From: Octopus sinensis
Taxonomy: Eukaryota
Assembly: GCF_006345805.1 (NCBI RefSeq)
Contig: NC_043000.1
Coordinates: forward strand, 160,828,001-160,892,000
Direction: 5' to 3'
Length of the DNA stretch: 64,000 nucleotides
In this document: positions 1 to 12,929 of the stretch, one piece after another
How the letters are laid out: each line of letters begins with the position of its first letter
How positions within the stretch are numbered: the stretch's first letter is position 1
Notes under the pieces: generated by a model
What the model saw: only the letters and a program-made list of their open reading frames with translations
What the model was told of the DNA's origin: nothing
The model's database searches: none
Position numbers and translations under genes: made by a program

Positions 1-152
1 TGGAACCTTCGTCAGATTAGCAACAAAACAGAACAAATCTTTTGAAGAAGTTTTCAAATAAACAAAATGTAATACCGATACATGAAAACATCATCAACCA
101 CAATTCTACTACGTACAATAGCAATAATAATAATAATAATAATGGTTTAATA

Positions 153-320
153 TTTTGGCACAAGGCTAACAATTTCAGAGAAGGGAGTAAATCGATTACA
201 TTGTCACCAGGATGAAGGGTAAAGTTGACATCGGTAGAATTTGTACTCAGTACGTTAAGACGGACGAAATGCCATTAAATATTTTTCCCGGGATGCTAAT
301 GATTCTGCTAGCTCACCGCA
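153..320 (-). mobile_element. tRNA-derived SINE, family B (degenerate, internally deleted)
   Basis: Reverse complement matches the in-window family-B copies at 4573-4778, 40968-41152 and 51247-51480 (ttggcacaaggc, aaagttgacatcgg.agaatttg, gacggacgaaatgcc). Confidence 0.6.
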
Positions 321-346
321 ATAATAATAATAATGATAATAATAAT

Positions 347-715
347 CTTACCAACCACATGGTTCCGGGTTCAGTCCCACTGCGTGGCACCTTGGGCTAG
401 TGACTTCTGCTATAGCCTCGGGCTGACCAAAGCCTTGTTAGTGGATTTGGTAGACGGAAACTGAAAGAAGCCCGTCGTATATATATATATATATGTTTGT
501 GTGTCTGTGTTTGTCCCCCCTAGCATTGCTTGACAACCGATGCTGGTGTGTTTATGTCCCCGTCACTTAGCGGTTCGGCAAAAGAGACCGATAGAATAAG
601 TACTGGGCTTACAAAGAATAAGTCCCGGGGTTCAGTTGCTCCATTAAAGGCGGTGCTCCAGCATGGCCGCAGTCAAATGATTGAAACAAGTAAAAAAGTA
701 AACGAGTAAAGAGAG
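347..715 (+). mobile_element. tRNA-derived SINE, family A (5' slightly truncated)
   Basis: Near-identical to 50788-51080 and 53743-54140: B-box-like GGTTCAGTCCC, body ending gactgaaacaagtaaaa, and a (GAGTAAA)-type tail. Confidence 0.85.
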
Positions 716-1254
716 AGTAATGATAATAATAACAATAATACTAATACTATTATACGAAGAAAATAAGCGAAGAAAAGAAGAGGAAGGAGTTAAGAAGATT
801 TCGTGAGGCAGAGGAGGGTGCGAGTAGTGGTAGTGGTGGTAGAATTGCTGCTGGTGGTGGTAGTGGTGGTGGTTACAACTATGATGATGATGATGATTTT
901 GACGCGGGTGGTAGTGACATAAAGGGGGGAATTTAAAGATGAAACAGAGAAAGAAAGAATCAAGCTACGAAGGAAATAAACTTTTGAATGGCTTCAGTCC
1001 TTGGATCTTTGAAGAGATTAAGAATTACGACGAAATTCTGTTATCAAATAAAGTTTCTGTTGAAAATCTTAGTTTCTTTACTTTCTGTAAAGGCATGGAT
1101 TAAATGCAGCGAGCTATTGAGATTACGGGAGAGAAAAAAGTTTGAATTCAAAATCAAAAGATGAATAAATTGATTATCAAACATGTTTTGCATGTGTCTA
1201 TAAATATATACGTATGTTCGATAACGTATACGTCTACGCGCGCAAACACATCTT

Positions 1255-1271
1255 TATATGTGTGTGTATAC

Positions 1272-1307
<36 letters not shown>

Positions 1308-1590
1308 ATGTATATACATATAAATATATATATGTGTTTGTACATAAACGTATATGTGCGGGTGCATGTATATATATATGTGTGTGTGTGTGTGTCTGTG
1401 TATGTGTATGAATGTGCATTTGTATGTGTATTTGTGTATTTGTATATAAGCATACGTATGTGAGTGTGTGTGTTGTGTGTGGTGTGTGTGTGTGCAGGCG
1501 CGCATTTGTGCATATGCTTCTGAGTGCGAAGATGTGTGTGCATGTGTGTGTGTGTGTGTGTGTGTATGTGTGTGTGTGTGTGTGTGTGTT
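1255..1590. repeat. Compound (TA)n/(TG)n microsatellite
   Basis: Directly visible dinucleotide tracts; source of the H/T/Y/I/C/V-rich pseudo-ORFs. Confidence 0.95.
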
Positions 1591-1857
1591 TTGCTATTTG
1601 GGTTTTATAACTACGTGTTTGTTTAAAAGAAAAGATTAACGGGTATATTGAAATCAGCCATGAGAGCAGAAACGAAAGAGGAAACTGCAAAACAAGATGT
1701 AGTGCAACAGCGGCATCAGCAGTTGCAGCAACTACCACATAAATCTACTTCAGTATTAGAATATACACATGACAAAAAATGCTTTTGTAAAAAATGCAGC
1801 CACAAAAATTCCAGCAGCAACTTCAGTAGTAACTACAGCAACCTCGACTCGTCGGCA

Positions 1858-2264
1858 TTGTCTCAAATTCCGCACACATGTCAGTGTGACTATACTCATA
1901 CGATATGTAGTAACCAACGAGAGATTTACGTTTAGATGTATTTTTAGCCAGTCGATCGACTTGCTAGACATAGGAGCGAAATATCTTCTAAATTGTCTCA
2001 AATTCCGCACACATGTCAGTGTGACTATACTCATACGATATGTAGTAACCAACGAGAGATTTACTTTTAGATGTATTTTTTAGCCAGTCGATCGACTTGC
2101 TAGACATAGGAGCGAGATATCTTCTAAATTGTCTCAAATTCCGCACACATGTCAGTGTGACTATACTCATACGATATGTAGTAACCAACGAGAGATTTAC
2201 TTTTAGATGTATTTTTTAGCCAGTCGATCGACTTGCTAGACATAGGAGCGAGATATCTTCTAAA
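1858..2264 (+). repeat. Tandem triplication of a 135-136 bp unit
   Basis: Unit ttgtctcaaattccgcac...gatatcttctaaa starts at 1858, 1993 and 2129. Copies 2 and 3 look identical; copy 1 differs at about 3 positions. Confidence 0.95.
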
Positions 2265-2359
2265 TGCAGTCTATGGATTTATGAAAATGGAGGACACAAT
2301 GGCCAATAAAGTCTTCGATACAGAATTTCTTATTAAATGATAGGATAGTCAAACCTAGA

Positions 2360-2745
2360 GAGGGAACACTCCGTCGGTTGCGACGATGAGAGTCCCAGCT
2401 GATACGATCAACGGAACAGCTTGCTCGTGGAATTAACGTGCATGTGGCTGAGCACTCCACAGACACGTGCACGCTTAACGTAGTTCTCGAGGAGATTCAG
2501 CGTGACACAGAGTATGACAAGGCTGGCCCTTTGAAATACAGGTACAACAGAAACAGGAAGAAAAAGTGAGAGAAAGTTGTGGTGAAAGAGTACAGCAGGG
2601 TTCACCACCACCCCCTGCAGGAGCCTCGTGAAGCTTTAGGTGTTTTCGCTCAATAAATACTCACAATGCCCGGTCTGGAAATCGAAACCGCGATCCTACG
2701 ACCGCCGAGTCCGCTGCCCTAACCACTGGGCCATTGCGCCTCCAC
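2360..2745 (-). mobile_element. Full-length tRNA-derived SINE, family C, with 13-bp target-site duplication
   Basis: Minus-strand head GTGGAGGCGCAATGGCCCAGTGGTTAGGG (A box) and GGTTTCGATTTCC (B box). Flanked by AGTCAAACCTAGA at 2347-2359 and 2746-2758. Confidence 0.9.
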
Positions 2746-3081
2746 AGTCAAACCTAGAACTTCTTTGATGTATGATGATAACAGCTAAAACAATCATACT
2801 TTTTATAGTGGAATATTAGAGACAAATGTGGCATTGATACAAATTAAACTGCCTTGAATGAGGTGCAGAGAATTGCTTTTTATCTGTGCAATAAGTAAAT
2901 GTTTTGGAATCATAGTTTACTTTCCTGAATCACATCCTGTCTATGATTGTTCTTAATTAATCTTCTGTAGATGTTAGAGTTGAAAGGGTAAAAGAAACCG
3001 AAGCGTGATTACAAGTCAAAATATACGGAACGAAATTCAATTTCTGCAAAATATTTGTCTTTTCTTCTTCTTTTTCTCCAC

Positions 3082-3720
<639 letters not shown>

Positions 3721-3888
3721 TGTCATTTACTTTTAATCTGCATGTTTGATGCAATCACCTGCCGGGGCACACCCAGCGCCCTAGGGCAAGTGAAGGTTAA
3801 GAGTTGTTGAAATATAGCTGAAAGCTTGGGGAGGGGAAGTAGAGATATATCTCCATGTAATGCAAACACAAACATTTACATTGATAGG

Positions 3889-3944
<56 letters not shown>

Positions 3945-3954
3945 ACTATTATTA

Positions 3955-4062
3955 TTCCAGCGAGATTGACTTTCGGGGTTGATAAAAGACGTATCCGTTG
4001 AGCACAGGAGTAGACGTAATCGATTTAGTCCCTCACTCGAAATTGCTGGCTTTGTGCCAAAA
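3955..4062 (+). mobile_element. SINE family B, 3' fragment
   Basis: ctttcggggttgataaaa...tcgatt...gaaattgctggctttgtgccaaaa matches the 3' half of family B. Confidence 0.55.
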
Positions 4063-4572
4063 TTCTTTATTTTTGTTGTTGCATTTGTTGGTGTTGCCGT
4101 TGTTGTCTTCGTCGTCGTTTCTACAAGTAAACGATGTCAATTTGGAGCTCATAAATTATCAAACTTGGGTGTTTTGAACAAAGTTATTTTGGTTTCTGTT
4201 GTATCAATTTGCTCTTAAACCAACTACCAGCCTCGGAGGCTATCTGACTTATTGAAATGTTTGTGCCCTCGGGGTAAATTTCGAAATCTTGCAAAATGAA
4301 GTTACATTAACAAAAAAATTATTATTCCTCAAACCGAAGTGGCAGATATCTGTTCCAAAAGCAATTATGATATAATTTCCCACTACTACCTGCTGCACTG
4401 AACAAAGAATGTATTAATAACAACAGCAGTGAGACGACAGAAACAAAAGACAATTCAAATGAAATGAGATATTAAGGTAACACGACTACCAACCCATTAC
4501 CTCACAACACTACAAATACTAGCGACACCACCAACAACGTCAGTGAGACAAATAGAATATTCTTTTCTACTA

Positions 4573-4778
4573 TAGGCACAAGGCCCGAAATTGGGGCGGG
4601 TTGGAGGGGATAGTCCATTATATCGAACCAGTATACAACCGGTACTTGATTTATCGACCTCGAAACGATGAAAAGCAAAGTCGACCTCGGCGGAATTTGA
4701 ACTCCGAACGTAAAGACAGACGAAATGCTGCTAAGCATTTAGCCCGGCGTGCTAACGTTTCTACCAGCTCACTGCCTT
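4573..4778 (-). mobile_element. tRNA-derived SINE, family B
   Basis: Reverse complement begins AAGGCAGTGAGCTGGTAGAAACGTTAGCACGCCGGGCTAAATGCTTAGC and contains GAGTTCAAATTCC (B box) and the central TTTCATC..TCGAGGTCGATAAA..AAGTACC core, which resembles the Meta/MESC domain (from recall). Confidence 0.85.
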
Positions 4779-4904
4779 AAACAAATAGAATATTGAAACA
4801 AATACAATCACTAACGATGTGAAGCAAGGCTAGTACTCGTATCTACACTGTCAACATGATGTTTTCATCTATGCCGTCGGACGCTTTCTCAAAGACGACG
4901 ACGA

Positions 4905-5675
4905 AATGATCGTCAATATCAGATGCACGACTGATTGTAGAAGCTGCAGGGCAAGACCAAGGTGTATGAGAAATCAGTGGGCGACTATCTTTTCGCAGAC
5001 GATTGCACACTAAACACCACCAGAAAACCCATAGTGTGGCAAAACCTCAACTGTTTTCCAACTGCATTCATCAATTTTGGCCTCACAATCAGTATGCAGA
5101 AGGCAGAAGTCATGCACGCACCTGCCCGCAGAAGCTGTATGTGGTAGCAACTATCACTGGAAGGGGAAACCCTGGAGGTTTTGAGAAGTTCACGTGCTTC
5201 GGGCAGCTCACTTTCTAGATCTATGAACGTTGAAAATGAAATCGACAAATGATATCGATAAAGGACGCTCAGAATTTGGACGGCTACGTAAATCAGTGTG
5301 AGAGAGAAGAAGCATTAGGCTGGTCACCAAGTTGAAGGTGTGCAAAACAGTTCTACTGCCTAAGCTACAATACGCTTGGGAGACTTAGATGGTTTACGAA
5401 CGGCACGGCAAAATACTAGAACGCTTCCAGATGAACTGTCGGAGTAAACTACTGAAAATCACCTGGCAAGACAAAGTCCAAGACCCGAAGGTCCTCACTC
5501 GATCTGATCTGCCAATCATTTACACAATGCTGAGGATGGAACATGTCAGGTGAACAATAAAAGCATTTCAAGAATATACACCAAGTCTCTCTGAAGAGCT
5601 TTGAAATCAACCCCAACCCTTGGGAAAGCAAGCACAAGACAAGTCTACCTGGCGAAGCTGCACCTTGTAAACACA
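4905..5675 (+). mobile_element. RTE (BovB-like) LINE 3' fragment, degraded RT
   Basis: Translations YLFADDCTLN, FGLTISMQKAEVMH, FGRLRKSV, TKLKVCKTVLLP, LKITWQDKV and SLKSFEINPNPWE follow RTE RT/C-terminal motifs; many stops and frameshifts. Confidence 0.85.
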
Positions 5676-6151
5676 GTTATAGAGTGTACATAACGATGTA
5701 AACATTGGCAGAAACACACCTTTAGTTCATATAAGTAATATCTATCATTATATATAATTTAAACATTAATTTTCCTCTTACATTTCGCATTCACTGGATA
5801 CATCATTTTCCAAGACTATTGGGTTTTACTTAATTTACATATCGTTATTTACTTCTCATTTATTTGGGTTTTTTTTCTTTCCTTTACCCCTCCATTTTCT
5901 ATACGCTACCTTTGACGTTATATCCTCTACGTTTTTATAAAAACAAACTTAATAGCGTTCAGTTAATCACTATACATATCCATCATATTCTGCTAAAATG
6001 TCTTATTCACGAGTTTCATTTCTTCATTTCCTTGAAGGGAAGATTACATTGTTTTACACCATTTTATACCTTTGGAATAATACCAGTGATATCTTCGAAA
6101 TATGTGCCGGACGTAAAAGAATTTGAATAACACCTGCGTTTAACTCCATTT

Positions 6152-6197
<46 letters not shown>

Positions 6198-6242
6198 ATA
6201 TATGTATGTATATATATATATATACATATGTATATATGTACA

Positions 6243-6380
6243 AAAACTTAAATGTTGAAGTGAATCGAACGGCTTTTGTGTGTTTCTTAAATGGCTTACA
6301 AACACCTTCCACGCTGCAATTGTTTTCGTTCCAGCACACGATCTCAGATCAAATCACTTGCTATGCGAGTACATCTCCGT
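6243..6380 (+). mobile_element. Fragment of the short PLE-terminus-like family also at 21409-21576 and 22200-22340
   Basis: aaacttaaatgttgaagtgaatcgaacggcttttgtgtgtttcttaaatgg...ccttccacgctgcaatt is the near-exact reverse complement of 21409-21485; flanked by (TA)n on both sides. Confidence 0.8.
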
Positions 6381-6415
6381 ATATATATATATATATTATA
6401 TATATATATATATAG

Positions 6416-6530
<115 letters not shown>

Positions 6531-6696
6531 TTATATTAGGGCATTATGCCAATATTATTAACGTACAGTTTCAATTTCACTCCTTTTTCGATTGTTTGGT
6601 TAACTTGGCGTATTTCTATTTGCACACATGCATATATACATATATATGCATACATATATATATATATACATACATATATATATACATATATATGAA

Positions 6697-6727
<31 letters not shown>

Positions 6728-6968
6728 ACATATATATGCATACATATATATATACACACACATATATATATATATACATATATATATACCATTTAATTCA
6801 AAAATTTAATTATGTTAACAACTAAATTCACTTAATTAAAGCATCTAAAAAATGAAACATCATGAAAATAGTTCAAGCAAGTTCTTCAGTGACACATTTT
6901 TCCATTCGAGTCAATACAGAATTACATATGTTATTTTTATTTAGTATCAGGTCACTTTTGGCCTGTAA

Positions 6969-7069
<101 letters not shown>

Positions 7070-7126
7070 GACATACATATACATACGATGAACATCCACA
7101 CTTATATATAAATGTATTTATATATA

Positions 7127-7551
7127 TATAATTGTCACTAACTGTGACTAGGATGTTAAGAAACACCTACATTGCTACGGGCTAAAATGCTCTAATGCTA
7201 TGGTTAGCGCACATGAGTGAAAATATATACACTGACAGGGACCTGAAGCGTCTAATTTTGTGTACACCCCTTAGCAAATCACAAGAGTATCCATTAATTT
7301 AGCTGGCGAAACATATATACTAATAGAGAAGCAAGTCAAAGGAAGCCGAATTCGAGCAAGCTTAACCTATGAGGCAACGGAAATTGCAGACGTCGGTATT
7401 AGAAATTTTTAATCGGCATCTTTCGAACATTTCAGTTTTCTGTTAGTGTATATGTTTTCATCCATGTACGTTAACTACATCATTAGAGCATTTTAGCTCG
7501 TGCTCCTTAAGGTGTTTCTTAAGACCCTATTCACATTTAGTGACAATTATA
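7127..7551. mobile_element. MITE/foldback-type non-autonomous DNA element with 112-bp terminal inverted repeats
   Basis: 7127-7238 aligns ungapped to the reverse complement of 7440-7551 at roughly 80% identity (tataattgtcactaa...cactgacag). Confidence 0.75.
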
Positions 7552-7647
7552 ATTCTCTCTTTTGCCGAAACATTGTAATCTACTGTTTATATTAATGTCT
7601 TATATACATACATACAAATATATATATATATATATATATACACACAA

Positions 7648-7688
<41 letters not shown>

Positions 7689-8184
7689 GTGTGTGTGTGT
7701 GTGTGTGTGGTGTGTGTGTGTGTGTGTATGTGTGTGTATGTGTGTATTCATATATTACATATATATGTATACACGCACATACGCACACACTTACGAACAC
7801 ACACACACACACACATATACATATAATGGTACATTGAGTTTATCGAGCTGGCATGAAAGACTTGTCCCTGTTCAATCTTTTCTACTTTTGCTTTTGCATT
7901 TATTTTGATTTTGGTTTGTCTTGTCGGATTTCGAGTACTATTGGATTAACGGCTTGACTAACAATTGCTTTGATAATCGCAGGCAAGCGAAAATTTTCAG
8001 CTCACCATATTTGTGTCAGATGTTGCCGTGTATTTTATAAACATTGTATTTATTTATTACATATTTTTGGGAACCTTGAAAACATGTTTATTGCATAACC
8101 TTACCAAACGGAGGACATTCTTGATATCCAAGGAAGAAATTAAAGACCGTCACTTTCATTAACATTTTCAGTACCATCAATCTA

Positions 8185-8330
8185 GATGAAGATGATGAAG
8201 AGGCTGAGGATGATGAAGATGATGAAGAGGCTGAGGATGATGAAGATGATGAAGAGGCTGAGGATGATGAAGATACCGAGGAGGATGAAGATGATGACGA
8301 TGACGATGATGGTAATATTGAAGATGAGAA
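8185..8330 (+). repeat. 27-bp minisatellite (gatgatgaagatgatgaagaggctgag, about x3) in a GAT-rich tract
   Basis: Directly visible tandem units. Confidence 0.85.
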
Positions 8331-9169
8331 GTGGGAGGAGGATGTTCAGGAGCATAGTATTCATAATAGATAAGAATGCTACTTTGATTATCGTTACTAT
8401 GGTAATTATCTTGCTAGCAATAATTAGTGTGATGTCGATGGTGTTAATGATGATTATAGCCATTTTATAATAGTTATTATTAGTAAAGAGGAAAGGGAGA
8501 TAACGGAGGAGGAGGCGAGGAATGAATAAATGCAATGTTCATTATGATTATCCTTGCTAAAATCTTCATGATGCTAATATGGTGGTCATATTACACATCA
8601 TCCAAATGATGATGATGATGATAGCGTCAAAATTAAGCCTTGATTTGAGATATTTCAAACTGCTTTCGGCTAGGCTTAAAGGTATGAAGATCAAAACGTA
8701 GAAATTGATGTTCTGTGTATAAACGTCTTTGGTCGGATTTGTCAAAAATATCTCCTATTCTATATTCAGACTTGTTTATTTCAATTTTTGCTGAAAATTA
8801 ACAGGATGAAGAGTTTAATAGGCAGAATGTTTTAAGCCGGCGGCAATATTATTACTGATGAGGAGATTGAGGATGATCTGATGGAGTGCTGCTGATGCTA
8901 CCATGGAGCAGGTTTCTTTATTGTGTAACTGTTGCGCATTTAAGGCATTGTAAGTTCAAGTTTTATGACGGATCTCCGTCCTTCGACAATGAGGATTAAA
9001 TTCTACAATCTACTGTATTCTCTGCTCCTAAATTAGCTTACAAGGGATTGAACATTTTCTTAGATACGTCTGTAACCTTAACGTAGTTCCCAAGCATAAT
9101 TAGGGAGAAAATTGCGAAAACATAATGCTATTTGAATCTACTTACTGTAGTTTCTGTCTACGGATCTTA

Positions 9170-9800
9170 TCTCCAAAGAGCTGAGTTGACCTCAATTTGT
9201 TGAACATGACAATTGTCCAAGATGCCACGCAGTGAAAACAAAACCAAGACTTCGTGGATCCGAAGTAAAACTCTCCGTTATTTGGCCACGCTGACCCTTC
9301 AAATCCTATACAACGCTACTAAACACGACGGTCTGTGAAAAGTTCTCAAGCATAATATATGAGTTTGATAGCTTTTCTCTTTTACTTGTTTCATTCATAG
9401 GACTGTGGTCATGCTTGAAAGATTTAGTCGAGCAAATTGTCCCCAGTACTTATTCTATCGGTCTCTTTTTGACGAATCTTTAAGGTACGAGGACATAAAC
9501 GAACCAACGCCATTTGTCAAACGTAGTGAGGCACAAAAACAAACGCAGAGAGACACATACATATAAAAACACACACCTCCAAAAAACACACATCTATACA
9601 CATGCACACACACATATATACACACACGTGTGTGTGCGCGTAAGCATGCATATACGACATACGACAAGCTTCTTTCAGTTTCCTCCAACCAAAATCATTC
9701 ACAAAACGTTGGTCCAGAACTATAACAGAAAACTCCTGCCCGCAGCGTCACACAGTGCGACTGAATTCAGAACTATGTAGTTGGGAAGCAAGCTTCTTAC
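9170..9800 (-). mobile_element. Degraded SINE family A fragments
   Basis: ttttacttgtttcattc, cttattctatcggtctcttttg, ccaagatgccacgcagtg and aagcaagcttcttac are reverse-complement family-A motifs. Confidence 0.6.
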
Positions 9801-12800
9801 AACCCACTCACTTATACGTCTATGTTTGTCTTAGATTTTAGGGCATATTTTATTTCAAACAAATTATAATGAAAACAACTTGTCTGTCTCAATTTAGGTT
9901 TTATTATCGCATTTTTCTACTTACGGAATTTATGTTCCTCCCTATAAAATTATCGTTGCAGAAATTACCATTTTAATCTTTAACTCCAAGTTAATTTCAG
10001 CAATCACTAAATGTTATTACTTCATTGCTGTATCTGCGTGTAAAATTTGGGTCTGTTTAATGCTATTATGATAATAAGGCTAACTCTAATAATTATTCAC
10101 TAATAAAATAGATTGTAAAAAATACCACCAAATTTTAAAACTTTCCTCTTAACCAGAGATCACAAAATGGTAAGCTATATAACGTATACTACATAATCAA
10201 TGTAATATACAAATTTCACTACAAACATGAGAGATATAAACTGTGTGACTCAAATTATATATATAACAACTCTCTCGCAGGCTGGCTATGTTTGTAGAAT
10301 AAGGAGCTGTTGCAACATTAAAATACTAAACATTAAAGAACATCAATTAGTAAGACAGACAACCACTTGGGAATTTAAAAAAAAGAATAATATAGTACAT
10401 TAACGATCAAAGTATACTAATTGCAAATTACAGGTTGATAATTAAACACGGATTCAGAATAGTAGTGATAAGCCAGGGATACTTACCTGGTATTAATGGT
10501 TGACATTTGAAACGTCACAGTCAAACTTTTTGTGAAAAGCAACACCATTCCCTTGATCCTTGCTACGCACTATAAAATTTCAGGAACGAAAAACTCCGCT
10601 TACCAAACTTCGCACAGAATTTGAAACAAGAATGTTTGCAAACATCGAGCAACCTAAAAGCATTATTGATCCAAACTAAACATAAAAATCTATTAAGAAT
10701 ATACGAAGAATGATTAATTAAAAAGAATAACTTTAAACATAGTCGTGCCTACAGAACAACACTTTTCAATGGCTAAATGCTACGATATTATTTGAATTAT
10801 ATAACACTCAGACATGTTATAAACCGAATCTTTCTATTACTGAGTCATTGTAATCATTACATTGACCTTCGCAAGTTCAGTCATACGGATTAAAGAATAC
10901 GTCTTCGTATAATCATGAAAGGAATGCCACATTGTTCCAGTCTTAACAACTGCTTCGAACGAAGAAAAGAAGGGAAAAAAGACGGTGAGTTGAATTTTAA
11001 ATTCTGCCATGGTGAAAGAAATTTGGAGTTCACTCGGGCGAAATAACATGGTTTTATTTCCAGTACTATTTAGCAGAAGAACTTCCTGCAGTAAGAGGAA
11101 ATTATAAGACACTGGAATAGTACTAGTACAAACTATAAAGTAAATATATCCTAGACAGTAAAGATTTGGTAAAGATATTCACTTTTAAATAGGCTTCCAT
11201 ATTGCAATAGATACTATACATAAATTTTAAAACATTACATAGAATTGAAAGCGAAATTTTCTCCTACCAATATCCGAATGAAATATGGTTTTATATGAGT
11301 TCTATCCACCTACGTAGCATTTCAGATAAGCTAATTCATAACATCAGCAAATGTGAATCATCGTTATTTTCTGGTAAAACGAGGCATACAAGCGCCTTAC
11401 ATGATTACAGTTTAGCTGTCTGGAGCAATAAATTCTTAGAGAAAATACTGTATCAATCTATTCCAACTATTCCAAACTGTAAAAACAGGAAACGGAAACT
11501 GATGTAACGCAATAACCTACATACTGTAAGAGAGAGACCATCGGTAAATAGTCCCTTAAATGAGTCTCTTTTAACGTTTCAACAAATTGCTAATGCTAAA
11601 AAGCCATTAATAGGAATTCGGGTAAGCTTAACAAAGTGACATGTAAAACTTTTGCTTGTTTCATTAGAAAATACAATTATAATCCACCATGGCATACAGT
11701 TAATTTTGTCCCTAACTGTATGGAATGTAAAATTTGCTTGTTTGGTGTTAAATATAAGGAGACATTACTGTCGCTGTACTAAATTACACCTAGACAAAAA
11801 TTCTAACCTAAAGACATGTATCCGATTAAGCGAATGCTTATAATGATAAGGACTCGTCTTTGTCAGTATAGGCATTCTGTTGTTATTTCGGATATGTAAT
11901 TCGCCGTATGGAAGTACATACCAATAACTGTAGTATATTTGATTTCTAAGAGAGACAAGAGCAGAGGAATACGATCACTTGGTTATCCCATAATTTTTGA
12001 CATCGTTAAAATGTCAGTGGTCAGTATTTAAGATATGAATACTGATGAAGTAGTAAATATGTCATCAACTACTACTTATCTCATTCTAAACCGTCGAAAC
12101 AATTTTAGCTTGTATATTTAAAATCTGACAAAAGCTGTTGGATCTTGAAGCAGCTGTGCCGGATTAATTGTTTCGCTTACTGAATTCTGTTCCTTTTCAC
12201 TTGCTATCTATTTTACATGATAAATATCTCACACGCTTCAGGTAATATAATTGTACATTATATTCTCACATTTCTCTCATTCATGAACATGATTTTTAAA
12301 TTCTTAGCCACATATGTGTCTAATTTCTTCCATGAACATTGCTTTTTCTTTTCTTTCTCTCTGTCTGCCTCTCTCTCTCTCTCTCTCTCTCTTACTCACT
12401 GTCATACACACACATGCACGCGAACTATATATAGCTTATACTATATTAAAAATAACGATATATTAATGAATGAAATCTAAGGAATTGATTGCATTGTACT
12501 ATCAGTACCGAAACTTCACGGTTGTGACACTTTTTCCCATGCAGGTGTGTCCTTCCTTCTTTTATGATTCTCAGTTAGTTGCTAAAATCAATTATGGAAA
12601 GTCGAGTAAAACGCTTTCGTGTATATCGTCGCAATTTCATTTCAAATCTTGCCTTTCACCTTTAAGTGGTCGATAAAGTATTGTGGTTTGTGGTATCGAT
12701 TAAGAACGTCTTGAGCAGGTAAAGCGTGGGAAAAAGTTCTATAGTATTTTTTTCCGGTTCTTTACGACCCGAGTTAAATCATTGTATCTAATTCCACTCA

Positions 12801-12929
12801 GTCTTTCATCTGTTTGGGGTCAATAGAATATGGACCAGTCAAGAACTGAAGTTAATGCAATCAATTATCCCTCCACCAAATTCCTGGGGTTGAGCTAAAA
12901 TAGTATCGTGTATAGTGCACCTGAGCATT

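Noticed and set aside
1858-2264. CRISPR array or retrozyme array reading of the 135-bp tandem
   Set aside because: No repeat-spacer alternation, eukaryotic context, and no CUGANGA/GAAA on either strand.
2700-2745. tRNA genes at SINE heads (also 48620, 50788, 51247, 53743)
   Set aside because: A/B boxes are present but there is no complete cloverleaf, and each continues into a SINE body.
12042-12110. CTGATGA followed by a hairpin
   Set aside because: GAAAC is not adjacent to the stem and no stem I or III can be formed.
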